Virus record (IMG/VR): IMGVR_UViG_2558860994_000004
Location: 1-64,000 of that record
Strand: one strand, 5' to 3'
Length of the DNA: 64,000 nucleotides
Origin: a virus
Lineage: Duplodnaviria > Caudoviricetes
The first letter of the stretch is position 1. The number at the start of each line of letters is the position of its first letter. Position numbers and translations under genes: made by a program. This document shows positions 8,434 through 17,631 of the stretch, in pieces. Under the pieces are notes generated by a model, which was not told where the DNA came from, searched no databases, and saw only the letters and a list, made by a program, of their open reading frames with translations.

Positions 8434-9356
8434 GCTTAACTAAAGGACGGATCAATCGCACAGGCAAAATCTACTTTCACGATGCATCAGTTATGGTTCG
8501 AGATGATGGGGGCTTGCCGCAAGAATGGGAAGCCCGTCAAGCATGGGATAAGACACTTAAAAAACAGGTTTTTTTACGCATTGTGCAACAGCTTAATCGC
8601 ATGGGCTGGATCTGTACTGTCCCCCAAGAATATGTTGGTCAGTACAGTGATAGTTTTGCTCGCTTGCACCGTAGCTGTGAAAAAGGGGAGTTAAAAGGCG
8701 AGTTAAAAATCTTTGGTAATACTGTTGAATTTGAAATGTGGCAGGACATTATTACGCCTACACGCGAAGACCGTAAAGGCCGTTACGAGTTTAACAAAGA
8801 AAAAATTATGCCTTATATGCTCCGGCTGGAAATGGAGCGTACCCGTCAAAGGATTACTAGATATCTGACTAATATCTTTACGGGATATGTGGTTGAGGGT
8901 AAGCGAACCGTTGAACGTGGGCCTCAATTACATGCTGTCTCGGTATTAGACTGGATTAAATTTGAATATCAACAAGGATGGGACTACGACAGTAAATTAG
9001 GCCGTCCTTGCGGTGAAGAGCGTTGCGGCAATAATAGAAGTGCGGATGAAAGCACCATCAAGCATGGTGAACGTGTCTGGTTCTATGACCGCAAAGGTCG
9101 TTTAAATACCGGTATTGCTTACTACAACATTAATAATATGTGGTGGGTAGTTACTGGAAAATATGATGTCTGCAATGAAGCCAGTTTCCACTTGTATACC
9201 AGTTTACCTGATCATCCCCGGAAAAAGCATAACCAGAAATTAGCCAAAAGCCGCTTAAAACAAGAGCTGGATAAGGCAGTTGCAGTCATGAATTTTGAGC
9301 GGGCTATCAAGCTGCGTAATGTCCTTTACCCAAATGGTGTAGAGGCTGCAGCATGA
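8430..9356 (+). CDS. Phage protein with C-terminal UVR-like coiled motif
   Basis: Ends in ELDKAVAVMNFERAIKLRNVL, a UvrB/C-type motif. Confidence 0.65.
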   Translation: MSLTKGRINRTGKIYFHDASVMVRDDGGLPQEWEARQAWDKTLKKQVFLRIVQQLNRMGWICTVPQEYVGQYSDSFARLHRSCEKGELKGELKIFGNTVEFEMWQDIITPTREDRKGRYEFNKEKIMPYMLRLEMERTRQRITRYLTNIFTGYVVEGKRTVERGPQLHAVSVLDWIKFEYQQGWDYDSKLGRPCGEERCGNNRSADESTIKHGERVWFYDRKGRLNTGIAYYNINNMWWVVTGKYDVCNEASFHLYTSLPDHPRKKHNQKLAKSRLKQELDKAVAVMNFERAIKLRNVLYPNGVEAAA

Positions 9357-9580
9357 TTTTCCAATCACCTAAACCAAGTTTGAAAACTATTGAATCTGAA
9401 TTTATTGAACGTGTCTGTGAAACCTGCGGTTGGTTATTTGTTTCCATTATTACGGGATTTGGTGCTGAAAAGATTAGAGATTTTAGTATTGGCCGCCGCA
9501 AGCCACGGCCAATAGATATGAGAAAGTTTATTGATGCCTTGGGTAAGTTCAACCAGCTAACGAAAGTGAGGTCGAAATGA
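9353..9580 (+). CDS. Phage hypothetical protein
   Basis: ATGA-coupled on both sides. Confidence 0.55.
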   Translation: MIFQSPKPSLKTIESEFIERVCETCGWLFVSIITGFGAEKIRDFSIGRRKPRPIDMRKFIDALGKFNQLTKVRSK

Positions 9581-9759
9581 GTTCACTGATTCGCTGTGTT
9601 GGGCATCGCCACGGGCCTAAATTTAATCATGAGTTATTTCATGGCTGTGCTCGTTGTAAGCACCTTGATACTAATGGCAAACCAGCCCCGCCTTTAAGTC
9701 AATGGATAGGCGTTTGCCCGACTCTACATCCTTACAAGAAAGGGGGTAGCCAATGCTGA
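9577..9759 (+). CDS. Small Cys/His protein
   Basis: Coupled ORF; C-x-x-H-x-H and CARC. Confidence 0.5.
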   Translation: MSSLIRCVGHRHGPKFNHELFHGCARCKHLDTNGKPAPPLSQWIGVCPTLHPYKKGGSQC

Positions 9760-10118
9760 CATTAAGCCAGTTTCATCAGTTCGTGATCCAGTATGGCCAG
9801 AAAATCGGCTTTGAGTACAGTTTATTTGCTGTCAAAGCGATGTATGCCAGTTATTTTGCGGGCCATCCTACTGATGTGGCAAAGCAAGTCATTGCCGCGT
9901 TTAAAGAAGATATCAGCTGCCTAGAAGCACGTAATTACTTATTAAGCCGTATCAATGAGCGTGAGGATAAACCTTCATCTGATTCTTTATTGACTGAAGA
10001 ACTCAAAGTGTCGGGACATGGCACTGTCTATTACTACAACCAGGGCTGCCGCTGCGTATTGTGTTGTCATGCACGGGCAGAGTACTGGGCAAAGCACAAG
10101 AAGGAGCGTGCGGCGTAA
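9753..10118 (+). CDS. Hypothetical protein with HGT...GCRC zinc-binding motif
   Basis: HGTVYYYNQGCRCVLC. Confidence 0.6.
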   Translation: MLTLSQFHQFVIQYGQKIGFEYSLFAVKAMYASYFAGHPTDVAKQVIAAFKEDISCLEARNYLLSRINEREDKPSSDSLLTEELKVSGHGTVYYYNQGCRCVLCCHARAEYWAKHKKERAA

Positions 10119-11122
10119 TGCACTACTATGAACACCATATTGGTGATTTTACAAGAGATACGGTGCACTTAAGTCCTGTAGAAGAGTGCTACTACAGGCG
10201 TGCCCTTGATCTGTATTACAAGAGTGAAATGCCCTTGAGTACAGATGTAGAGGACATTTGCCGCAAGTTAAGAGCTATCACTAAATCCCAAAAGAAAGCG
10301 GTGCAAATCATTCTGGCAGAATTTTTTACGCTGGAAGATGACGGCTATCACCAATCACGCTGTGACCGCGAAATTGCCGAGTATCTGGAACTAGAACCTG
10401 ACCGCGAAGCCAAGAAAGAAAATGCCCGTGAACGTCAGCGCCGTGCCCGCGAGCGTCGTAAGGAATTATTTGCTTTTCTACGTGAGCACAACATTGTTCC
10501 GCGTTATGACATCAAATCAGTTGAGTTACAGCGCATGGTTGATGAAGTGATATCACGAACAGGTAACAAACCTGTCACGCGTGACAAGTCTGTGACGTCA
10601 CAACCAGATTCATGTGATGTTACGGCTACCCAAGTACCAAGTACCACTCCCCAAGTACCAGATGACAATTATATGTATCCCGCTGGTGATGAAGATGCGG
10701 CAGAGGCGTTTTTAAGTGGCTTGGGTGATTTTGAAGAAAAAAATGACCCACGAATGCTGACTTGGAAACAGCTTGGATACACATCGATTCCTGAACACTG
10801 GCGTCAAATGGCACTTAAGGATTTTCCAGATTTAAACGAAGCCTCACTCAAAGCCCTGTTTATTGGCTGTGCTGCTAAATGCGCTGCCAATTATGGAACA
10901 AAGCAGTCAGTGCTTAAGTGGGATGCTCAATGGGCCTTCACCTTATCCACATTTGCAGACGAAAAACTGGCACGGCAAAAGAGTGATAAAGCCACAGGCT
11001 CTAAACCAGCCACCTCACGTTCTTCTAAAACCAATTTAAATTGCAACCAGGACTGGAATAACCAGCCACCACCAGACTATGCCGACCTGCCCCCGGTTGA
11101 TGTCAGTGATATGGAGTATTGA
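10118..11122 (+). CDS. Replication initiator (DUF1376/YdaU family)
   Basis: MHYYEHHIGDFTRDTVHLSPVEECYYRRALDLYY N-terminus; TAATG coupling gives a start at 10118; followed by a loader ATPase. Confidence 0.85.
   Translation: MHYYEHHIGDFTRDTVHLSPVEECYYRRALDLYYKSEMPLSTDVEDICRKLRAITKSQKKAVQIILAEFFTLEDDGYHQSRCDREIAEYLELEPDREAKKENARERQRRARERRKELFAFLREHNIVPRYDIKSVELQRMVDEVISRTGNKPVTRDKSVTSQPDSCDVTATQVPSTTPQVPDDNYMYPAGDEDAAEAFLSGLGDFEEKNDPRMLTWKQLGYTSIPEHWRQMALKDFPDLNEASLKALFIGCAAKCAANYGTKQSVLKWDAQWAFTLSTFADEKLARQKSDKATGSKPATSRSSKTNLNCNQDWNNQPPPDYADLPPVDVSDMEY
10547..10623. other. Candidate phage replication origin (GTCAC/GTGAC palindromes inside the initiator gene)
   Basis: GTGATATCAC 10547-56, TGTCACGCGTGACA 10573-86, TGTGACGTCACA 10591-602, GTGATGTTAC 10614-23. 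Confidence 0.55.
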
Positions 11123-11961
11123 TCATGAATGCACCATCAAAACAATTGTCAGATTATAAATCACGGCCAGCGCGACCTGCTCCAAAACGCATGTTTGTTG
11201 CCGATTTAACCGATAAGTCACATCCCCAATACTGTGACGTTCACGGCCAGTACTTTCCGTTGATTGGTGCGCCTGCCATGTGCCCAGAATGTGCCGTTAT
11301 TAAGGCCGAACTGGCTGAGGCTGCACATCATGAAGCACTGTTTAATGCCCGTGAGAAAGCCCGCCATGCAGCAGCTGGTGTACCAATCCGCCATTCTCAT
11401 TGTGGCTTTGTGAATTACAAACAGGAATTACCAGGTCAGCGTGTGGCCCTAACAGCGGCCAAAGCCTATACCAAGCGTATTCAGGCTGGCCAGACTGGCT
11501 GCCTGATAATGGTAGGTTCAACAGGTACGGGTAAAACACATTTATCAGTATCCATTATCCGCAACCTGATGGCGCGTAGACAGGATAAAGAGCCATTGTT
11601 TGCCCGTTATGCCACCAGTGCCGATATTGCCAATGACATTACAACAGCATGGGTACGGGAGCGTGCAAAGGAAGGTGACAACGAGAAAGCCACCCTACAG
11701 CGTTATGTTGATCCTGATGTGCTGGTGATTGATGAAGTTGGGCTGGATGATCAGCGCGATAACCAGATCAATGCCATTCATCGCGTACTAACTGCCCGAC
11801 ATGACGCGCAAAAATCAACAGTTGTAGTGAGTAACCTGACCACTGCAAAAATGCAAGAACTGATGGGCGACCGCTTATGGTCCAGACTTGGTGAAGATGG
11901 CGCGATTGTTGAGTGTTTTTGGGCAGATCAGCGCACAGCTAGCAAAGGATGGATGAAATGA
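11119..11961 (+). CDS. DnaC/IstB-like AAA+ helicase loader
   Basis: Walker A GSTGTGKT, Walker B LVIDEVG, C-x2-H/C-x2-C zinc finger. Confidence 0.9.
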   Translation: MIMNAPSKQLSDYKSRPARPAPKRMFVADLTDKSHPQYCDVHGQYFPLIGAPAMCPECAVIKAELAEAAHHEALFNAREKARHAAAGVPIRHSHCGFVNYKQELPGQRVALTAAKAYTKRIQAGQTGCLIMVGSTGTGKTHLSVSIIRNLMARRQDKEPLFARYATSADIANDITTAWVRERAKEGDNEKATLQRYVDPDVLVIDEVGLDDQRDNQINAIHRVLTARHDAQKSTVVVSNLTTAKMQELMGDRLWSRLGEDGAIVECFWADQRTASKGWMK

Positions 11962-12542
11962 AAAAACGTAAGCTAGTTAAATCGTCATCCACTGTCCAGC
12001 GTAAGCACCTTACTGCCAAATGGGAAATCCTGTCAGTAGCGAATTATGTTCTCGAGCATTTTCCCAACAATGCACCATTGCCGCCTAAAGCCTTAATGGC
12101 CATATATCAGGGTGCGGCAGTGCCTTGCATTCAGGATGGCCTGATTGATGAAAAACAGCGTTGGGGCGTCACTATCCTGACCACTGTACGCATGCCGGAT
12201 GGCTCTTTGCAGCCGCATGACGTGTCATGGCGTATTGATGAGCCAATTTCGTTTAAGGATTTTATGCGCGGAAATCCAGACATCAAGGTTGAGCGCGGCA
12301 ATGGTCTGAAAACACGTTGGATTGGTGTAGCAGAGGAGTGGAAGCGCATCACTCAAGAAGAAATTCCAGATGGCCTTGTAATTGTATCTGCATGGGCTAC
12401 TGCGAACTGTATGGCCGTACTACGCAACAACGGTATTAAGCCAGGCTTGCTGGCTAAGTACTTCAAAACAATTGAACTAAAAAGCCGCATGTACCTGCAA
12501 GGCACGGTGCTTGAGCCGGTTTATAGCGAGGTAATTTCTTAA
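11958..12542 (+). CDS. Phage hypothetical protein
   Basis: ATGA-coupled to the loader gene. Confidence 0.65.
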   Translation: MKKRKLVKSSSTVQRKHLTAKWEILSVANYVLEHFPNNAPLPPKALMAIYQGAAVPCIQDGLIDEKQRWGVTILTTVRMPDGSLQPHDVSWRIDEPISFKDFMRGNPDIKVERGNGLKTRWIGVAEEWKRITQEEIPDGLVIVSAWATANCMAVLRNNGIKPGLLAKYFKTIELKSRMYLQGTVLEPVYSEVIS

Positions 12543-12778
12543 TGGCCGGAGCGACCGCAGCAGTAGAGCTTATTGAATTTGATTGTAGTGCTTTTGGCCC
12601 TGAGCAAGTCACTGTAACGCTGCCCATAGTAAATATTAACCCTTATGACAATGTTTCTGATGATTGCACCATCACAGTTGGGGGCGTTGAGCTGGTGATG
12701 GATATCAGTACTGCTTTGGAAATGACCTATCGCCTGTGTGATGCATTAGAAATTGAATATCTGGAGCCAAAAGAATGA
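12542..12778 (+). CDS. Phage hypothetical protein
   Basis: Coupled acidic 78-aa ORF. Confidence 0.55.
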   Translation: MAGATAAVELIEFDCSAFGPEQVTVTLPIVNINPYDNVSDDCTITVGGVELVMDISTALEMTYRLCDALEIEYLEPKE

Positions 12779-13620
12779 ATACCATTGAAAGTATTATTAG
12801 CATGATCGAATCAGAAGCAAAAGAAGCCATTCGCACTACTGGCGAAAATTACATACCGCCATTTAAAACCAAAGATGAAGGGCTACAGGCGTTAGAAAAG
12901 GCAAAGTTATCAATAGGTCCACCATTAGAGTGGCCTGCCGACTGGCCAACAGATGCGCATTTTTACCGTATAAATATCAATACACCCATTTTCTATAAAT
13001 ATCAGCACGGCCAGATCAAACGCTGGGTTAAATACGCAAAGTGCTGGGTAGATTCCTGTATTCCTGACTGGGCTGCGTTCTGTGAGCAAAATGGAGTAAA
13101 GAGTTTAATAAAATGGCCTTCTATTGCCGAAATGCTGTCAGTACGTGGTCTACGCAATGACGCGGATTACATGACGCTCATTCATGGTGAATGGCCTGCA
13201 TGTGATGCTAAAGAAAAGGATGAAAGTATTAAGCATGGAACAGAAACGGCTTACAGATATGGATGCCGTTGCGAGATATGTATAAATGCCCACAATCAGC
13301 AAACAATAAATTTTCAAAAAAAGGCCAGGAACCATTTTGCTGAAACAGGTGAATTTCTATCTACCAAAACTAAGCACGGTACTTATAGTTCGTATGTAAA
13401 CTACGGCTGCCGCTGTGAGCTTTGCACCGAGGCTAACCGTAAACAGAATAAAAAAACTCTAAATAAGATAAGAACGGGCTATAGCAAGACAGGCCGTTTT
13501 CCTAAGGCTGATCAGCATGGCACCAAGTACGGCTACTCAATAGGTTGTCGCTGTGAAGCTTGTTCTAAAGCTTATGCTGACTATCAAAAAAAACGTAGAG
13601 CGACAAAGAAAAATGGCTAA
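12775..13620 (+). CDS. Protein with three HGT...YxxGCRCxxC repeats
   Basis: HGTETAYRYGCRCEIC, HGTYSSYVNYGCRCELC, HGTKYGYSIGCRCEAC. Confidence 0.7.
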   Translation: MNTIESIISMIESEAKEAIRTTGENYIPPFKTKDEGLQALEKAKLSIGPPLEWPADWPTDAHFYRININTPIFYKYQHGQIKRWVKYAKCWVDSCIPDWAAFCEQNGVKSLIKWPSIAEMLSVRGLRNDADYMTLIHGEWPACDAKEKDESIKHGTETAYRYGCRCEICINAHNQQTINFQKKARNHFAETGEFLSTKTKHGTYSSYVNYGCRCELCTEANRKQNKKTLNKIRTGYSKTGRFPKADQHGTKYGYSIGCRCEACSKAYADYQKKRRATKKNG

Positions 13621-13629
13621 TTTTTATAA

Positions 13630-13670
13630 TGGAACCAACCAGAATGGCTCGCCAAAACATCCGTTATACA
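13630..13670 (+). promoter_or_regulatory. Weaker copy of the GGAAC-box promoter motif upstream of rusA
   Basis: TGGAACCAACC; the hexamer at N29 is TATACA and lacks the final T. Confidence 0.4.
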
Positions 13671-13706
13671 TCAAAGCTGACACAAATCTAATTAAGTGGA
13701 ACTTTG

Positions 13707-14408
13707 ATGAAAAATAATCGTGCGCGTCGTGACTGGACAAATTTTTTTAATACGGGGAAAAATTCAAAGGCACCAATGGTTGACTGGGATACTAAAAAAA
13801 CCCAGCGACCAGCCCGCGAAAAGCGTGCATTGGAACCACGTAAAACCATTCCAACCTTTAGACGGGCAACCCTGCTTACTGAAAAACAGGGTGATGACAT
13901 TGTGCATAAAGCCAATACCGGTGCACAAATGATTATTGGGGATGGCTTTGTGACTGTGAAGTTGCCGTATGGCATCAGTGCCAATGATATCTGGCGTGCC
14001 ACGCTCACTGAAGAGGGTAAGCAGCGTAACAGCCTGTCACTGGGTGCCAAACACTATAAGCAGGACGTCAACAGCATGTATGCCCCGTTATTGCGGGCGC
14101 TGGACTGGAAAGCCATATCAAGGCCCTGTGAGATCAGGCTTATTGTGCAGCCACCAGCTAAAACCCGTAACTACAGCGCTGCGTCTTATCCCCGCTTTGA
14201 TATCGATAACTATCCAAAGCTATTGATTGATGCACTGAAAGGAATAGACCTGCTTTATAAGGATGACAATTTATTTGTGAGTGAAAAAATTGAACTGGCA
14301 GAACCCATTGAAGGGGGTTGTGTCTGGCTGTCATGTGTCTTTATTGAACAAACCAACTGGCTGAAAAAACCAGTGGACTTTGAATGGTTGGCAGGGAGAG
14401 TCGCATAA
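13707..14408 (+). CDS. rusA: RusA-family Holliday junction resolvase with N-terminal extension
   Basis: FDIDNYPKLLIDALKG...YKDDNLF catalytic pattern. Confidence 0.85.
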   Translation: MKNNRARRDWTNFFNTGKNSKAPMVDWDTKKTQRPAREKRALEPRKTIPTFRRATLLTEKQGDDIVHKANTGAQMIIGDGFVTVKLPYGISANDIWRATLTEEGKQRNSLSLGAKHYKQDVNSMYAPLLRALDWKAISRPCEIRLIVQPPAKTRNYSAASYPRFDIDNYPKLLIDALKGIDLLYKDDNLFVSEKIELAEPIEGGCVWLSCVFIEQTNWLKKPVDFEWLAGRVA

Positions 14409-14410
14409 TT

Positions 14411-15121
14411 ATGGCAAAGAAATTTGATGTACAACGTAGGCTGATGATCGGGCGTAAGTTTGCTTTAGCCCGTGATATGGCTGGCCTCAAGCAAGAAGAG
14501 GTGATGGTTAAAATCTTTGGGGCCAGTGGTGGACAAAAGAACCGGATCAGTGAGATCGAAAACGGTAAGACCATGCCTGATGCAGAGTTGTTTCAGGTGT
14601 TGTGTGAGCTTTATGTGGTATCTGCCGACTGGATTCTGGGTTTTACCGTAGAGCCGGAAATGGATAAAACCACGGCAACCGCTGGTATTTTATATAATAG
14701 TTTAGGAGATATGCTGACCGAATTTACTCAAGCTGCTACGGCACAAATCACAATGGCCTGCGCACGTCATATTACCTCGTTTCCCAAGGCTGACTCTGTA
14801 GTCTTACTGGAACAGGCCAAAGTACTGGTAAAAGCCTGTGGTAGTCTTAGTAGAGAGGCTTATGAACAGATTCAGCCTGCATTAATCGGTGTCATGGAAA
14901 GTATTCGTAATTGTGACCAGAAAAATGCATTACAAATACGAAATCTGGAAATAGCCCTTGATGACGTGTACCAGCGTGAGGAAGCGGAACTACATCAAAA
15001 AATGCTGATGGATTTGGTGCTTAACCGTACTAAACGATATCCATCCACATCATTACCCAAGGCTGATGAACCCGAAGTGCCTCAAATTGGTTTAGATTTA
15101 TTTGCTGAAGAGAAGGCATAG
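14411..15121 (+). CDS. XRE-family HTH transcriptional regulator
   Basis: ARDMAGLKQEEV...RISEIENGKTMPD...VSADWILG. Confidence 0.8.
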   Translation: MAKKFDVQRRLMIGRKFALARDMAGLKQEEVMVKIFGASGGQKNRISEIENGKTMPDAELFQVLCELYVVSADWILGFTVEPEMDKTTATAGILYNSLGDMLTEFTQAATAQITMACARHITSFPKADSVVLLEQAKVLVKACGSLSREAYEQIQPALIGVMESIRNCDQKNALQIRNLEIALDDVYQREEAELHQKMLMDLVLNRTKRYPSTSLPKADEPEVPQIGLDLFAEEKA

Positions 15122-15129
15122 GCGGTGAT

Positions 15130-15996
15130 ATGGCAAAAATTGAGTATCCTGCCGAAGTCTGGGCACGATTGCGCGAGGTCTGGGAAACCTCGCCCAAGAT
15201 TACATGGGACAATCTCGTTAAGCAGGTCGGTGAAGAACTGGCCTGCGATATGCCGTCTGGCTCCGTAGTACGCCGCAAGTCACTGACTGAAAAATGGAAG
15301 AAACGGGCAAAGGGATTAGTCAAAAAGAACGCCCGTGAACTCAATAAAGAGATTAAAAAACTGACCAGTGATTTGACTAGTCAAAATGATGGTCATGAAG
15401 AATCACAAGACGCTGATATAGAACCAGAAACTGATGGTCAAGAACCTGTCAAAAATCAGTCAGAAATCGTCGTAAGAAATGGTCAAAATCGGCAAAGTTA
15501 TCAGGAAAAAACCAACACGCCAGTAAGTCAGCTTACTGCGGCCCTGATCATTAAGAAAAACCGTGCGCGCCTGGCTGATTTGGGTGATCTAGCAGGCGAT
15601 ACTATCACCAGTGTTATTCATATCCGGGATGAGGTTATAAACCTTGATCTTGAGGGGCTAGATGAAGCGGCGACAGAGTTAGCACTTAACAAAATCAAAT
15701 TTAAGATGGGCCTGATTAACCAGGTGGTTGAGCTGAACATGAAGCAAAGTATCACGCTCAGCAATATTGCCAAGGCAGAATCCATATTCTGGGGCTTGGA
15801 GCTTGAGGACCTAAAAGACCAGTCCGAAGTGCAGGCACGCCGTACAGCGGTTATTGATGACTCAGAGGCTAAACTGGCTGCTGCCAAGAAACAAATGGCA
15901 CTCAAGAAGAAAGAGGCCTTTAGGCGTAAGCTGGCGATCATTGAGGCAGGGGATTACGACCCTGAAAATGATGTGCCTGAGGAAGATGTGGCTTAA
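15130..15996 (+). CDS. Putative terminase small subunit / PacA-like DNA-binding protein
   Basis: N-terminal HTH-like segment (RLREVWETSPKITWDNL...SVVRRKSLTEKWKK), charged linker, C-terminal helices; function is an inference. Confidence 0.45.
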   Translation: MAKIEYPAEVWARLREVWETSPKITWDNLVKQVGEELACDMPSGSVVRRKSLTEKWKKRAKGLVKKNARELNKEIKKLTSDLTSQNDGHEESQDADIEPETDGQEPVKNQSEIVVRNGQNRQSYQEKTNTPVSQLTAALIIKKNRARLADLGDLAGDTITSVIHIRDEVINLDLEGLDEAATELALNKIKFKMGLINQVVELNMKQSITLSNIAKAESIFWGLELEDLKDQSEVQARRTAVIDDSEAKLAAAKKQMALKKKEAFRRKLAIIEAGDYDPENDVPEEDVA

Positions 15997-16053
15997 GTCA
16001 GTTGATTTAAAATAAGACAATGTATAGTGTTTTATCTTTGGGGGGGGAATCCG

Positions 16054-16818
16054 ATGTTCAAAGATAAAACACTGGCTGAAAATGTAAGCGCTCTTTTAAT
16101 AATTTATATCGTAATTTTAGGCTTAAGCTATTGCCTGTATTTTGCACTAGTTAAAGTTGGAATGCCTACAGATGATTTTGTTGATATATCCGTTTGTGCA
16201 TCTACATTGCTGGGGCCAATCATCTTACTATTCACTTTGACCGCATGGAAAGAACAGCATAATAAATCGGTTTTAAAAGATATATCATTTGAAGGCATTA
16301 AAGACTTACTCACCATTAAAAATAGCCTAGACCTAATAAGACTTGCCAAAGATAGAATCTTTATTACCCATGGCATTGAAGGCATTTTTCATCAGGATAT
16401 TGAATTAATTTATCAAAACCATATTAAAGCTCAATCTGCCTCGTTGGATTTTCAATCAAAAATAGAAATTTTTAAAATCTATAATATTTTTGATAAAGAT
16501 ATTAAGGACTTTGATTTGTTAATCAATGAATGCTTAATGGAGATTGAAGTGTTAATAATGGATATAAATGCTTTGAATGCAACCTATGCCGAAAAAAAAG
16601 CTATGATTCATAAATATGAATCTCGATATAATCTTTTAACAACACGGGAGTTAACGTATCTGGATGTGTTAAAAGAGGATATCCAAAACTATGAAGGTAC
16701 AGACATTGATGACCAGATTGAAAATTATCGAAATAATAAGTTTGAGGATGGTTTAAGTGAACTAAAAGATGTGATTGATGGATATATTCAACTTATTTCC
16801 AAGGTCACTGTGGCCTAA
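16054..16818 (+). CDS. AT-rich accessory membrane protein (2 N-terminal TM segments)
   Basis: LLIIYIVILGLSYCLYFALV and LLGPIILLFTL; visibly AT-rich. Confidence 0.7.
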   Translation: MFKDKTLAENVSALLIIYIVILGLSYCLYFALVKVGMPTDDFVDISVCASTLLGPIILLFTLTAWKEQHNKSVLKDISFEGIKDLLTIKNSLDLIRLAKDRIFITHGIEGIFHQDIELIYQNHIKAQSASLDFQSKIEIFKIYNIFDKDIKDFDLLINECLMEIEVLIMDINALNATYAEKKAMIHKYESRYNLLTTRELTYLDVLKEDIQNYEGTDIDDQIENYRNNKFEDGLSELKDVIDGYIQLISKVTVA

Positions 16819-16821
16819 TCC

Positions 16822-17520
16822 CTACCACTCATACTGGCCATTATCGAGCTTGTGAAAAATTTCCTGTGTGTTGATAAAGGCTACTTGTGAGGGATGGCAA
16901 TTATTGACCTTTGCAGCCTGTATCGCCAGATTCATTGTGGTGTTATAGGCGTTGCTATGTTGTTTTAAGTCATCCAGCATTTTGGGAATGTATTCAAGCC
17001 GGTTGTCAGTTTTCTCAATGTATCTGCCAGTAACCTGGTAGATATGGGAAATTAGATAATCAGGGGTAAAGCGCGGTGTTTCGTCCAGCCAGTCCACAGC
17101 GGCGTCATACACTGTTTCTGATTGGGTAGCCAGTTCATTCACCAGCATCTGACAAAGTGACCGCATCATCCAGCCGGATTCATTTTTTCTAAAATTATAA
17201 TCCTCACAATAACAATAAATGATGTGTAGCTGACTAATAAACAGTGGAAACAGAATATCCACGGCATAGGTAATTTTCTCAATCATGACAGTGCTGTTTT
17301 CAACCACGGGCTGCTGTTTTTTATAGACAATCCGTTTACCTTGGGCGGCCTGCTGCACTTCATAGACTAAGCCCCATCCAAACGCGATATCAGGACTATC
17401 TTTGCCATTGTTATTTTCAGGTAGGATATCGTATGCAGCATCACATAATGCCATTAGCTCATCACTGGTGCCGGAAACCCGAACGCCTAAGTTATTTGGG
17501 GTCAATGAAAGCAACAGCAT
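16822..17520 (-). CDS. DUF6904-like accessory protein
   Basis: LTPNNLGVRVSG..DEL.AL.DA...YEVQQAAQGKR...YAVDILFP pattern (recognised by eye). Confidence 0.6.
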   Translation of the reverse strand: MLLLSLTPNNLGVRVSGTSDELMALCDAAYDILPENNNGKDSPDIAFGWGLVYEVQQAAQGKRIVYKKQQPVVENSTVMIEKITYAVDILFPLFISQLHIIYCYCEDYNFRKNESGWMMRSLCQMLVNELATQSETVYDAAVDWLDETPRFTPDYLISHIYQVTGRYIEKTDNRLEYIPKMLDDLKQHSNAYNTTMNLAIQAAKVNNCHPSQVAFINTQEIFHKLDNGQYEW

Positions 17521-17561
17521 TGTCTATCCTCAATTTTTTCAAGAGAATATATTAATCTGAC

Positions 17562-17603
17562 CGGAACTGCCATGTCTGGATGCTTTATTGATTCAGGCAC
17601 TAT
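17562..17603 (+). promoter_or_regulatory. Variant GGAAC-box promoter upstream of the tape-measure-like gene
   Basis: CGGAACTGCC with CACTAT at 30-nt spacing. Confidence 0.45.
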
Positions 17604-17631
17604 TACCCTATGTTGAAATAGGGTAATACTC

